From the NCBI GenBank assembly GCA_036507635.1, contig DATCIQ010000003.1:1-55512 (forward strand): a stretch of 55,512 nucleotides of DNA. Reading direction: 5' to 3'. This stretch comes from Gammaproteobacteria bacterium. Its GTDB lineage: Bacteria; Pseudomonadota; Gammaproteobacteria; Steroidobacterales; Rariloculaceae. The position numbers and the translations under genes are program-made. Shown here piece after piece: positions 1 to 10,191 of the stretch (position 1 is its first letter; every line of letters starts with the position of its first letter). The notes under the pieces were generated by a model, which was not told the origin of the DNA, did no database searches, and saw nothing but the letters and a program-made list of their open reading frames with translations.

Positions 1-54
1 CCTCACGGAGCTTGAGCGACGCGATTGAGCCCGACCGACGGAACGCCTTCCTCC

Positions 55-112
55 GTAGGAGCGAGCTTCGCTCGCGATCCTGGGAAGAATCGCGAGCGAA
101 GCTCGCTCCCAC
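55..112. repeat. REP-like palindromic intergenic element (GTAGGAGCGAGCTTCGCTCGCGAT / ATCGCGAGCGAAGCTCGCTCCCAC)
   Basis: Two 24-nt arms are reverse complements with 1 mismatch around a 10-nt spacer. The same GTAGGAGCG...CGCTCCTAC family recurs at 10115, 12826, 25925 and 35950. Confidence 0.8.
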
Positions 113-164
113 GGGAAACCGCAAGCGAAATCTTGCGAAGCGTCTGAAATTGCAGGCTTTTGGC

Positions 165-193
165 TTGTCAGGGTAATTTCTGAGCCTTACAAT
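165..193 (+). promoter_or_regulatory. Candidate sigma70 promoter for infC
   Basis: TTGTCA (165-170), a 17-nt spacer, then TACAAT (188-193). It lies downstream of the REP and about 40 nt upstream of the proposed infC start. Confidence 0.5.
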
Positions 194-234
194 TTGCGTG
201 CTCCGTAGTCGACCGGGAATCCGAGAGGTGCAGA

Positions 235-753
235 ATCGTCCAATCTAAACGCGTAAGACGCAATGAAGAGATCACTACCTCTCAGGTTCGCGTTATCGGT
301 CCCGCCGGCGAGCAAGTCGGAATTCTAGGCATTCAACAGGCGCTGGACAGCGCATCCACCGCGGGGCTCGACTTGGTCGAGGTTGCGCCGAACTCCGAGC
401 CGCCGGTCTGCCGCATCATGGACTACGGGAAGTTCGTGTTCGAGCAAAACAAGAAGGCGCAGTCGGCGAGACGTAAGCAAAAGCAGATCCACGTAAAGGA
501 AGTCAAATTTCGCCCCGGCACCGAGGAAGGGGACTACCAAGTCAAGCTGCGCAGCCTCGTGCGCTTTTTGACTTCGGGAGACAAAGCGAAGGTAACTCTG
601 CGTTTTCGCGGCCGCGAGATGGCGCATCAGGAGCTTGGCCTCGAGCTGTTGAAGCGGGTGCAGGCGGATCTCAGTGAGTACGGCGCCGTGGAGCAACAGC
701 CCCTGCTCGAGGGCCGGCAGATGGTGATGGTGATCGGACCCCGTAAGCGTTGA
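235..753 (+). CDS. infC: Translation initiation factor IF-3, with a non-canonical ATC start proposed
   Basis: The translation [12 protein letters not shown]...[17 protein letters not shown]...[10 protein letters not shown] is diagnostic. The conserved N-terminal domain ([24 protein letters not shown]) lies upstream of the first TTG at 373. No ATG/GTG/TTG occurs between the in-frame stop at 181 and 373. ATC at 235 sits 6 nt after GAGAGG. Confidence 0.85.
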   Translation: MVQSKRVRRNEEITTSQVRVIGPAGEQVGILGIQQALDSASTAGLDLVEVAPNSEPPVCRIMDYGKFVFEQNKKAQSARRKQKQIHVKEVKFRPGTEEGDYQVKLRSLVRFLTSGDKAKVTLRFRGREMAHQELGLELLKRVQADLSEYGAVEQQPLLEGRQMVMVIGPRKR

Positions 754-884
754 AGGGCGAAAGCCGGGGCGCAATGCCCAATTAGCAAAGAAGTGCGTTA
801 GCGACGCGTAATCGCGCTGTCGACGAACGCCGCCTGACCAGTCTCGGCAAGACTGACGCGGGCTAGATCGCAAAGGAGAAAGAG

Positions 885-1082
885 ATGCCGAAACTGAAAT
901 CGAAGCGCGGCGCCGCGAAGCGCTTCCGTCCCAAAGGAAACGGCGGCTTCAAGCGCGCGCAATCGCACTTGCGCCACATCTTGACGAAGAAGAGCTCGAA
1001 GCGGAAACGTCAGCTCGGACCGATCAGGCAGGTCGACGAGGCGGACGTCGCCCACGTGCGTAAGCTCTTGCCGTATAGCTGA
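885..1082 (+). CDS. rpmI: 50S ribosomal protein L35
   Basis: [14 protein letters not shown]..., 65 aa and basic, in the conserved infC-rpmI-rplT order. GGAGAAAGAG Shine-Dalgarno sequence upstream. Confidence 0.95.
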   Translation: MPKLKSKRGAAKRFRPKGNGGFKRAQSHLRHILTKKSSKRKRQLGPIRQVDEADVAHVRKLLPYS

Positions 1083-1093
1083 GGGTTGCGACG

Positions 1094-1456
1094 ATGGCTA
1101 GAGTCAAACGAGGCGTCACGGCGCGTGCGCGGCATCGCAAGATGCTCGATAAGGCGAAGGGCTATTACAACGCTCGACGCAAGATCTATCGCGCGGCGAA
1201 GCAGGCCGTCATCAAAGCGGGGCAGTATGCTTATCGCGACCGGCGCCAACGCAAAAGACAGTTCCGGGCGCTGTGGATTACGCGCATCAATGCCGCCGCC
1301 CGGGCGCAAGGGCTCTCCTACAGCCGTCTCGTGAGCGGACTGAAGCTCGCCGGCATCGAGGTCGACCGCAAGATTCTTGCGGACATCGCGGTGTACGACC
1401 AGGAGGGCTTTGCGGCGCTGGCCGAAGCGGCGAAGACTGCAAAACCTGCAGCGTAA
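1094..1456 (+). CDS. rplT: 50S ribosomal protein L20
   Basis: [16 protein letters not shown]...[16 protein letters not shown] is a typical L20 sequence. Confidence 0.96.
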   Translation: MARVKRGVTARARHRKMLDKAKGYYNARRKIYRAAKQAVIKAGQYAYRDRRQRKRQFRALWITRINAAARAQGLSYSRLVSGLKLAGIEVDRKILADIAVYDQEGFAALAEAAKTAKPAA

Positions 1457-2467
<1,011 letters not shown>

Positions 2468-2476
2468 GATCCGTGC

Positions 2477-4858
2477 ATGCTCATCAACGTCGAATGGCTC
2501 AAAGATTGGGTGGACATCGAAGGCGACGTCGCGGATCTCGCCGACGATCTGACGACGGCGGGCCTGGAGGTCGATGCCGTCGAACCTCTGCGCAGAGATT
2601 TCGCGGGCGTCGTGGTCGCCCGTGTCGCCGAAACGCGGCCGCAACCGAATGCCGAACGTCTGGCCTTGTGCGTCGTCGACGACGGCCGCGAGCGGCATAC
2701 CGTCGTGTGCGCAGCACCCAATGTCGCCGCCGGTATGCGTGTCCCGTTCGCTCCGGCCGGCGCCCGTCTGCCTAAGGGACGAACGATCGAGGCGGCCGAG
2801 ATTCGCGGCACGCTGTCCCACGGGATGTTGTGCTCGGCGCGGGAGCTCGCGCTTGCCGATGACGGCGGCGGGCTCATGGTTCTCGATGACGATGCGCCGC
2901 TCGGCGTCCCGCTCGAATCGCATTTGCGCCTCGACGACACGATCCTCGACGTCAACATCACGGCGAATCGCGGCGACTGTTTCAGCGTGCTCGGGTTGGC
3001 GCGCGAGATTGCCGCGATACGACGTTTGACGTTACGGGGGCCGGAGCTCGCGCCCGTCGTGGCGGAGACGAGCGAGGCATTCCCCGTGACCCTCGAGGCC
3101 GCGGCCGCGTGCCCGCGATTCGCGGGACGCGTCGTCGAGGACATGAGCGCCGGCGCCCGGACCCCGGATTGGCTCCGCGAGCGTCTGCGCCGGGCGGGCT
3201 TGCGCGCGATCCACCCGATCGTCGACGTGACCAACTACGTCATGCTCGAGCTTGGCCAGCCGCTGCACGCATACAGCCTCGACGCTCTCGAGGGCGGTAT
3301 TAGCGTGCGGTTCGCGGCGGCCGGGGAAAGGCTCGCGTTGCTCGACGGTAGGCACATCGATCTCGGCGACGACGTCTTGGTCATCGCCGATGCGTCAGGT
3401 CCAATCGGGCTCGCGGGAATCATGGGCGGCGCACGCACGGCGGTGACCGCTTCAACCCGGCGCGTGTTCTTCGAGTCGGCATTCTTCGCGCCGGGTGCCA
3501 TCGGCGGTCGTGCGCGGCGCTATGGGCTCCACACCGACGCTTCCGTGCGCTTCGAACGTGGCGTCGATCCGACGCAACAACAAAGAGCCATCGAGCGGGC
3601 GACTGAGCTTTTGCGGGCAATCGCCGGCGGCCGCGCGGGTCCGACTCGAGTCGTCGCGGAACGCGCGAACCTTCCGGCGCTCGCGCCGATCAAGCTGCGC
3701 GCCGCAGAAATCGAAGCCGTGCTCGGCTTGCCCATCGCGGACAGCGATGTTACTGGCATCCTGCGTCGCTTGGGGATGCGTACCACCAAACGCGGCAAGA
3801 CTTGGTCCGTCGCGCCTCCGGCCTTTCGGTTCGACGTAGCGTTCGAATGGGACCTCGTCGAGGAGCTCGCGCGCCTGACGGGCTACGACAATATACCCGC
3901 CGTCGCCGGTTCCGGGTCGAGCATCTTGGGCACGGCGTCTGAGCGGCGCATCAGTGATGACTCGATTGCCGATACGCTCGTCGCTCGCGGTTACTCCGAA
4001 GCGATCACGTACAGCTTCATCGATGCCGGCGCCGAAGACCTCGTCAACCCGGGCGTCGAGGCCGTGCGGTTGGCGAATCCGATATCGGCAGACATGGGCG
4101 TCATGCGCCGCTCCTTGTGGCCGGGGCTGTTGCGCGTGGCGCGAGAGAACATGACTCACCAGCAGTCGCGGGTACGGGTCTTCGAGCTCGGCAACCAGTT
4201 CGCGGCGCGCGGCGGGAACGTAGCGGAAACCCGCGTCGTTGCTGGGCTCGCGGCCGGGGACCATTGGCCGGAGCAGTGGGATCTCGAGCGGCGAGGGGCC
4301 GATTTCTTCGACGTGAAAAGCGACGTCGAATCGCTTCTCGCACTCACCGGACAAGCGTCGGAATTTGCGTTCGCGCCCGAGTCGCATCCCGCGTTGAACC
4401 CGGCGCAAAGCGCGCGAATTTGTAGAAACGGCGAAATCGTCGGATGGCTCGGAGTTTTGCATCCGCGCGTACAGAAACAATTCGACCTCAAGTCGGGCGC
4501 GGTGCTGTTCTCGTTGCAGATCGAGAAGGCATTCGCCGCTGACATAACGTCGTATGCACGATTCTCGAAGTACCCCTCGGTGCGGCGGGACCTGGCGGTG
4601 GTCGTCGATGACGACGTCGCGGTCGAAACGCTCGTCAAACACGTGGAAGCGGCAGCCGGCGGGGTCCTACGGTCGGTCAGGATTTTCGACCTATACCGTG
4701 GCCCGGGCATAGATTCAAGGAGAAAAAGCGTCGGCTTAGGCTTGATTTTGCAGGACGCATCCCGCACGCTTACCGACGAAGATGCCGACCGAACGGTGGA
4801 CTCGGTCATGTATCGGCTGGAGCATGAGCTCGGGGCAAGAATAAGAACGCAACAGTAA
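2477..4858 (+). CDS. pheT: Phenylalanine--tRNA ligase beta subunit
   Basis: 793 aa with N-terminus [13 protein letters not shown] and B3/4, B5 and FDX-ACB-like regions. It follows pheS directly. Confidence 0.96.
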   Translation: MLINVEWLKDWVDIEGDVADLADDLTTAGLEVDAVEPLRRDFAGVVVARVAETRPQPNAERLALCVVDDGRERHTVVCAAPNVAAGMRVPFAPAGARLPKGRTIEAAEIRGTLSHGMLCSARELALADDGGGLMVLDDDAPLGVPLESHLRLDDTILDVNITANRGDCFSVLGLAREIAAIRRLTLRGPELAPVVAETSEAFPVTLEAAAACPRFAGRVVEDMSAGARTPDWLRERLRRAGLRAIHPIVDVTNYVMLELGQPLHAYSLDALEGGISVRFAAAGERLALLDGRHIDLGDDVLVIADASGPIGLAGIMGGARTAVTASTRRVFFESAFFAPGAIGGRARRYGLHTDASVRFERGVDPTQQQRAIERATELLRAIAGGRAGPTRVVAERANLPALAPIKLRAAEIEAVLGLPIADSDVTGILRRLGMRTTKRGKTWSVAPPAFRFDVAFEWDLVEELARLTGYDNIPAVAGSGSSILGTASERRISDDSIADTLVARGYSEAITYSFIDAGAEDLVNPGVEAVRLANPISADMGVMRRSLWPGLLRVARENMTHQQSRVRVFELGNQFAARGGNVAETRVVAGLAAGDHWPEQWDLERRGADFFDVKSDVESLLALTGQASEFAFAPESHPALNPAQSARICRNGEIVGWLGVLHPRVQKQFDLKSGAVLFSLQIEKAFAADITSYARFSKYPSVRRDLAVVVDDDVAVETLVKHVEAAAGGVLRSVRIFDLYRGPGIDSRRKSVGLGLILQDASRTLTDEDADRTVDSVMYRLEHELGARIRTQQ

Positions 4859-4869
4859 GACACCGATTC

Positions 4870-5169
4870 ATGGCGCTGACGAAAGCAGACATGGCAGAGT
4901 CATTGTTCAACGAGCTTGGGCTCAACAAGCGCGAAGCGCGCGAGCTCGTCGATCTCTTCTTCGAGGATTTGCGCGCGGCACTATCTTCTGGCGAGCAAGT
5001 CAAACTTTCCGGGTTCGGAAATTTCGATCTGCGCGACAAGAATCAACGTCCCGGTCGCAATCCGAAAACAGGCGAGGAAATACCGATCACGGCGAGACGC
5101 GTCGTGACGTTCCGGCCCGGCCAGAAGCTCAAGGCACGAGTGGAAGCGTATGCTGGAACCCGGGAATAA
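4870..5169 (+). CDS. ihfA: Integration host factor alpha subunit
   Basis: 99 aa, [10 protein letters not shown]...[26 protein letters not shown], an IHF/HU fold. Confidence 0.96.
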   Translation: MALTKADMAESLFNELGLNKREARELVDLFFEDLRAALSSGEQVKLSGFGNFDLRDKNQRPGRNPKTGEEIPITARRVVTFRPGQKLKARVEAYAGTRE

Positions 5170-5506
5170 CGACGACCTTCCACCGATCCCAGGCAAGCGC
5201 TACTTCACCATCGGTGAGGTGAGCGAGCTCTGCGGCGTCAAGCCGCATGTGCTGCGCTACTGGGAGCAGGAGTTCCCGCAGCTCAAGCCCGTGAAACGGC
5301 GCGGCAACCGCCGCTACTACCAACGCCAGGACGTGCTGATCATTCGTCAGATCCGCAGTCTCCTTTACGAACAAGGGTTTACGATCGGCGGGGCCCGGCA
5401 GAAGCTCACCGGACAAGAGGCGCGCAGCGACCTGAGCCAGAGCCAGCAAATCATCCGCCAGGTGCGGACGGAGCTCGAGGAAGTTCTCAAGGTCCTGCGG
5501 CGTTGA
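5150..5506 (+). CDS. MerR-family transcriptional regulator conserved downstream of ihfA
   Basis: [25 protein letters not shown]...RRYY is a MerR helix-turn-helix. It overlaps the ihfA 3' end by 20 nt. Confidence 0.88.
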   Translation: MLEPGNNDDLPPIPGKRYFTIGEVSELCGVKPHVLRYWEQEFPQLKPVKRRGNRRYYQRQDVLIIRQIRSLLYEQGFTIGGARQKLTGQEARSDLSQSQQIIRQVRTELEEVLKVLRR

Positions 5507-5566
5507 CCCGACGCTCGAGAACGCGGCCACCGACCCCTTCCGTTACGCTAAACTCATTCCCTCGAT

Positions 5567-5643
5567 CGGGGCGTGGCGCAGCCTGGTAGCGCACTTGCAT
5601 GGGGCGCAAGAGGTCGCTGGTTCGAATCCAGTCGCCCCGACCA
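5567..5643 (+). tRNA. tRNA-Pro (anticodon GGG)
   Basis: A cloverleaf is readable. Acceptor stem CGGGGCG/CGCCCCG, D stem GCGC/GCGC, anticodon stem CTTGC/GCAAG with loop AT-GGG-GC, T arm GGTTCGAATCC, and an encoded CCA end. Confidence 0.93.
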
Positions 5644-5680
5644 CTCAGAAAAAAATACGTTGCGAGGGTGACGGCGGGCC

Positions 5681-6955
5681 TTGTTCATTGAGCAATACAG
5701 ATTGGAGACGAATCCGTTTGCCGCGGACCGGGTACGTCCGTTCTTCTCGTCACACTCGGGCCGTTACGCCGCCACTAAGATAACGAAGGTATTCAGCGAG
5801 CATATTCAGTGCCTGGGCTTGTCGGGTCCGGCCGGCGTAGGCAAAACCGCGCTCATCCACCAGCAGCTTCGCAACCTCCGCAACGTCAACGTGAGCTGGA
5901 TCAAGCCTGACACCGACGATGCCGGGCTATGCTTGAGAAAGCTCGTTCGCGATCTGGGCCCCGGGCCCATCGACGCGACCCCCGGCGAGCTCAGGAACAT
6001 TCTGCAGGTGTTTCTGCGGCACCAGGCCGGCAGCGGCCGGCGCTCCCAGATCGTCGCCGACGGCATCGAGCGGCACTCGCCGGAAGTGATGCGTGAGCTC
6101 GAAGCCTTGAGCCGGTTACGGTTACGCGGACGCGGGCTCGTGCAGCTCATTCTGCTCACGCGCAACGACGAGCTCGTCGAGAATTTCCTCGCGCAACACG
6201 ACAGCGGACCGTTGGCTCGGGCACTCCATCACCGGTTGAGCGGCTTCACGCTCGAGGAGACTCGGACGTACTTGCGTGCGTCCCTTCACGGCGCCGGCTG
6301 TCCCTGGTTCGAGGAATTGTTCCCCGAAGAGGCCATCGTCGACGTCCAGGCTTTCACGCAGGGCGTGATCCGCGATATCGACGCGCTCGTTCGCGGGGGG
6401 CTCGAGTTGCTTGCGCTGCGCTCCCGCAACGCCGTGTCCCAGCCGCGTTTGACCCCCGGTCTGCTCCGCGAGGTAGCTCTGACACTGCACCTCAAATATG
6501 AGCCGGCCGCGTGGAAGCTGGCGCAAGAGGAGACGCTCTCCGCCGATGCCGTGCACTTGAGCGATCCGGCGGAGCTGCGCATCGAGGCGGCCCGCTTGCT
6601 CGTGACGAGCGGCGGACAGCTCGTTGCCGATATCTCACTGGACAGACCGCGTATGGTGCTCGGGCGCGACACGAGCTGCGATATCAGTCTCGACAGCAAC
6701 TACGTGAGCCGGTACCAGAATCTTTTCATGGAGACGACCGAAGGCTGGATGCTCATCGACTTGAACAGCAGGAATGGCTGCTTCGTCAACGGCCGCCGCG
6801 TCAGCGAGCACCATCTGCGCGACGGCGATTTGATCTCCGTCGGCCAACACCAGCTCCGCTTTACCGGGCCGAGCGCCGCGTGGATCGGAACGCGCGAAGA
6901 GACGGAGAGCGTCCCGCAATCCGCAACGAAGCAGGCGGCGGATCTAGGCGGCTAG
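5681..6955 (+). CDS. ExeA/GspA-like P-loop NTPase (AAA_22-like) fused to a C-terminal FHA domain
   Basis: 424 aa. TTG is the only in-frame start after the stop at 5669. The N-terminus YRLETNPF and Walker A GPAGVGKT (5825-5848) resemble ExeA-type ATPases. The C-terminus [20 protein letters not shown]...[13 protein letters not shown]...[13 protein letters not shown] is FHA-like. Confidence 0.75.
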   Translation: MFIEQYRLETNPFAADRVRPFFSSHSGRYAATKITKVFSEHIQCLGLSGPAGVGKTALIHQQLRNLRNVNVSWIKPDTDDAGLCLRKLVRDLGPGPIDATPGELRNILQVFLRHQAGSGRRSQIVADGIERHSPEVMRELEALSRLRLRGRGLVQLILLTRNDELVENFLAQHDSGPLARALHHRLSGFTLEETRTYLRASLHGAGCPWFEELFPEEAIVDVQAFTQGVIRDIDALVRGGLELLALRSRNAVSQPRLTPGLLREVALTLHLKYEPAAWKLAQEETLSADAVHLSDPAELRIEAARLLVTSGGQLVADISLDRPRMVLGRDTSCDISLDSNYVSRYQNLFMETTEGWMLIDLNSRNGCFVNGRRVSEHHLRDGDLISVGQHQLRFTGPSAAWIGTREETESVPQSATKQAADLGG

Positions 6956-6973
6956 GGCTTCCGTTCCCCCTCC

Positions 6974-8272
6974 TCAAGGCGCGCCGGCGGGACGCAACAG
7001 GTGCTCGCTCCGGTTCTGATGCACGTCGCTCGCACCCGCGACGCGGTCTTCGATACCGAGCAGAATGGGCGCCGCATTGCGCCGATAGATGTTGGCCTTG
7101 GCGTTATAGACCTTCCTCGTGATGCCGTGCTTGTCGTTGATGATGATGCGGCGCACCGTGAACTTGCCGTTGTCGAGCTTCGTGCCCGTCAAGTAGCACT
7201 TGATGAGCTCGACGCGATCTCCGGAAAGCACGATACCGGTGAGCTGCTCCATGCTGCGCGCCGCGCGAGCCACGAATTCGATCGAATCCAGCGTGACATG
7301 TCCCACGGCGTCAGCCCCATTGACCGGCATCTGCGTCGTAAACTCGCCGACCAACACCTGATCCGACATTGCTCTTTCGATGATGCGCGCGAGCGCGATG
7401 GTCACGTCGCCGACGATATAGTTGTATAAGGTCGGGTTCAGGCCTTCGGCCTGATGGAACTCGTAGCTGCCCCCGACGTGGAAGCAGGCCCGGATTCGCG
7501 GCACAGTGTTCTGCCGCGCCTTGCTGCGCGCGATCGCGTTGTCCGCGACGACCAAGTGCATGAAGTGAAAGAGATTGATGTTCGCTTCGAGCGTCAGGTC
7601 GCGGTTCCAGACATAGAATCCGTCGCCCGTCGTCGACCGGGCGAAATCGATGCCGATCTTCTGGCCCGAGAGCTTGTGCTGCGCCGAATTCAAGGAGTAC
7701 GAGAGGCTGTTGAGCTGCGTCATCTGCTCGAACGGGCTCAACAAGCTGAAGCCGACAATATCGAACAACGCGACGGCACGGCTCGGGACGTACGTGATGC
7801 TGTACCGTTTGATCATCTTCTCGATGATGCGCTGTTGCGAAGGATTGTCCGAAACGGGCAGCCGCAGAGGCAAGTAGGTCACGTCGATCCCGAGCAGCTT
7901 CGACACCTTGGCCATTTGGTCGGGGTCGAGCCTGCGGTGACCGGACAACAGCGACTTGAAAAAATCCTCGGAAGGGCGCGCGCGGACGGCGCCTGGCGCC
8001 GCCTTGCCGTTGCCGCTCTGGCCCGCATCGGCGGCGTGCGCGGAGAACGCCGCGACCGCGTAGTGCGGAACGACGAGCAGCTCGATCCCGTTCTCGCGCG
8101 GGCACCAGTTCAAGAGGACGTTCTCGCCGAGGCCCCATTGCTGATGCAGACACTTGTCGAGGAAGATGAGATTGCTGCGCTCGATGAGACTCATTTCATG
8201 AGTGATCGAGGAAAGGGCGTCCAGGTAGCTACCGACGCTCGCGAGCTTGAATATGCCGGAGTCTGAGTCCAT
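6974..8272 (-). CDS. Class III nucleotidyl (adenylate/guanylate) cyclase-like protein with uncharacterised N- and C-terminal domains
   Basis: 432 aa. The central region has cyclase-homology signatures: AVALFDIVGFS (first metal Asp), TTGDGFYVW (second metal Asp), IRACFHVGGSYEF and GDVTIALARIIE. The flanking ~160-aa N-terminal and ~95-aa C-terminal regions match nothing I recognise. Confidence 0.65.
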   Translation of the reverse strand: MDSDSGIFKLASVGSYLDALSSITHEMSLIERSNLIFLDKCLHQQWGLGENVLLNWCPRENGIELLVVPHYAVAAFSAHAADAGQSGNGKAAPGAVRARPSEDFFKSLLSGHRRLDPDQMAKVSKLLGIDVTYLPLRLPVSDNPSQQRIIEKMIKRYSITYVPSRAVALFDIVGFSLLSPFEQMTQLNSLSYSLNSAQHKLSGQKIGIDFARSTTGDGFYVWNRDLTLEANINLFHFMHLVVADNAIARSKARQNTVPRIRACFHVGGSYEFHQAEGLNPTLYNYIVGDVTIALARIIERAMSDQVLVGEFTTQMPVNGADAVGHVTLDSIEFVARAARSMEQLTGIVLSGDRVELIKCYLTGTKLDNGKFTVRRIIINDKHGITRKVYNAKANIYRRNAAPILLGIEDRVAGASDVHQNRSEHLLRPAGAP

Positions 8273-8429
8273 GCGCGCGCCGTGATGGGCCTCGCGCGAT
8301 CATACTCTTGAGTCCATACGTCGCAAAGCGCCGTTAGCGGGTTGTATTAGCGTGGTTTTCGTAGCCATATGGTTGCCCTCGTGAAGCCGTGACGTGATAA
8401 TCGGCGCCCCGTTTGAACGAAGAGTCTTC

Positions 8430-10118
8430 ATGACTGACAACCAGCGAGGCGGTCGCGACCCGCGCCGGTATTCGCGGACCGTCGTCGACGGCGCCGAGAG
8501 GGCGCCGGGGCGCGCGATGCTTCGGGCCGTCGGCTTTGCCGATGCCGATTTCGCGAAGCCGCAGGTCGGCATCGCGTCGGCCTGGAGCATGGTCACGCCC
8601 TGCAACATGCATCTCGACACGCTCGCGCGCGAAGCTCAGGCGGGCGTCGATGGCGCCGGGGGCAAAGCCGTGCCGTTCAATACGATCACGGTGTCCGACG
8701 GCATCTCGATGGGCACGCCGGGGATGCGTTACTCGCTGATCTCGCGGGAAGTCATCGCCGACTCGATCGAGACCGTCGTCGCCGCCGAAGGCCTCGACGG
8801 CATCGTGACGATCGGCGGCTGTGACAAGAACATGCCCGGATGCGTCATGGCCATGGCCCGTCTCGATCGGCCGTCGGTGTTCGTCTATGGCGGCACGATT
8901 AAGCCCGGTCCGAAACACCGCGATATCGTCTCGGTTTTCGAGGCCGTCGGCGGGCATGCCGCCGGTACCGTAAGCGATGCCGAGCTCAAGGAAGTCGAAT
9001 CGACGGCAATTCCCGGACCCGGATCCTGCGCCGGGATGTACACCGCCAACACGATGGCCTCGGCGATCGAGGCCCTGGGCTTGAGTCTCGCGAATAGCTC
9101 CGCTCAGGAAGCCGTGTCCGAGGCGAAACGCACCGATTGTCGGCGGGCCGGCGAAGCCGTCGTTGACCTGCTCGAGCGTGGAATCAGGCCCTCGGACATC
9201 CTCTGCAAGGAAGCGTTCGAGAATGCCATCGCGACGGTCATCGCGCTCGGCGGGTCGACGAACGCCGTATTGCACTTGCTCGCGATCGCGCATGAGGCGC
9301 GCGTCGCCTTGAGCCTCGACGATTTCACGCGCGTCGGCGCTCGCGTGCCGGTGCTCGCCGACCTGCGCCCGAGCGGACGCTTCATGATGTCGGAGCTCAT
9401 CCGCATCGGCGGGATCCGGCCCCTCATGAAGACGTTGCTCGATGCGGGGCTCTTGCACGGCCAATGCCTCACGGTCACGGGCCGTACGATGGCCGAGAAC
9501 CTCGCCGACGTCGCGCCGTACCCGGCCGACCAGACCATCGTGCGGCCGCTCGACAAGCCGCTCAAAGCCGACAGCCACATTGCCATCCTCTATGGCAACT
9601 TGGCGCCCGAGGGCGCCGTCGCGAAGATCTCGGGCAAGGAAGGCATGCAATTCGAGGGCAAGGCGCGCGTGTTCCATTCCGAGGAGGATGCATTGCGGGC
9701 GATTCTCGACGGCACGGTCGTCACGGGCGACGTCGTCGTGATCCGCTACGAAGGGCCGAAGGGCGGGCCGGGAATGCGTGAAATGCTGAGCCCGACCGGC
9801 GCGATCATCGGCCGGGGCTTGGGAGCCAAGGTAGCTTTGATTACGGACGGCCGGTTCTCGGGGGGCAGCCATGGCTTCGTGGTGGGCCACGTGGCGCCTG
9901 AAGCCGCGGTCGGCGGGCCGATTGCCCTTATCGAGCAAGGCGATGTGATCGTCATCGACGCGGGCAAGAAGACCATCGACGTGCGCGTGACGGCGGACGA
10001 GCTCGAGCGACGCCGGCGAGCGTGGCGCCCGCGTGCAGGTCAAGAGCTGCGCGGATTGCTGGCCAAGTACGCGCGACTCGTGAGCTCGGCGTCGCAGGGG
10101 GCCATCACCGACTTGTAG
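8430..10118 (+). CDS. ilvD: Dihydroxy-acid dehydratase
   Basis: MTDNQ...[26 protein letters not shown] and [10 protein letters not shown] motifs. The ATG at 8430 is preferred over the GTG at 8394. Confidence 0.95.
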   Translation: MTDNQRGGRDPRRYSRTVVDGAERAPGRAMLRAVGFADADFAKPQVGIASAWSMVTPCNMHLDTLAREAQAGVDGAGGKAVPFNTITVSDGISMGTPGMRYSLISREVIADSIETVVAAEGLDGIVTIGGCDKNMPGCVMAMARLDRPSVFVYGGTIKPGPKHRDIVSVFEAVGGHAAGTVSDAELKEVESTAIPGPGSCAGMYTANTMASAIEALGLSLANSSAQEAVSEAKRTDCRRAGEAVVDLLERGIRPSDILCKEAFENAIATVIALGGSTNAVLHLLAIAHEARVALSLDDFTRVGARVPVLADLRPSGRFMMSELIRIGGIRPLMKTLLDAGLLHGQCLTVTGRTMAENLADVAPYPADQTIVRPLDKPLKADSHIAILYGNLAPEGAVAKISGKEGMQFEGKARVFHSEEDALRAILDGTVVTGDVVVIRYEGPKGGPGMREMLSPTGAIIGRGLGAKVALITDGRFSGGSHGFVVGHVAPEAAVGGPIALIEQGDVIVIDAGKKTIDVRVTADELERRRRAWRPRAGQELRGLLAKYARLVSSASQGAITDL

Positions 10119-10161
10119 GAGCGCCGTCCCGGCGCGATCGCGGCTCAAAAGCCGCTCCTAC
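10115..10161. repeat. REP-like element (GTAGGAGCG...CGCTCCTAC)
   Basis: Outer arms GTAGGAGCG / CGCTCCTAC enclose a GC-rich palindromic core. The ilvD stop codon TAG (10116-10118) lies inside the left arm. Confidence 0.75.
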
Positions 10162-10191
10162 CGAGAAGCCAGCCCAGAGAAAGCCAGACGC

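Noticed and set aside
1-57. Possible 3' end of thrS upstream of infC
   Set aside because: All three forward frames either stop within the first 28 nt or read through the REP element. There is too little sequence to recognise ThrS, so it was not annotated.
754-884. Possible L20-responsive leader structure upstream of rpmI
   Set aside because: The 131-nt infC-rpmI spacer has some short complementary stretches. I could not identify a convincing conserved pseudoknot or L20-binding mimic by eye.
7311-8266. Alternative-frame ORFs (7311-8153 minus, 7454-8266 plus) inside the cyclase-like gene
   Set aside because: Only the 6974-8272 frame yields a balanced amino-acid composition and cyclase-like motifs. 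The others are Arg/Pro/Gly-rich.
6974-8272. Canonical Pycsar or CBASS system
   Set aside because: There is no adjacent cNMP-binding, TIR, TM or phospholipase effector, and no CD-NTase, E1/E2 or Cap genes. The neighbouring gene is a convergent FHA-NTPase, so the known architectures do not fit.
5567-8429. Classical integrative genomic island at tRNA-Pro
   Set aside because: There is no integrase or recombinase gene. I found no direct repeat of the tRNA 3' end downstream. Only the position and by-eye composition suggest insertion, so it is reported as an accessory pair rather than a mobile element.
8334-10148. 604-aa ORF antisense to ilvD
   Set aside because: It is fully contained in the opposite strand of a clearly conserved ilvD. 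It has low-complexity Arg/Gly/Asp-rich composition and no motifs.
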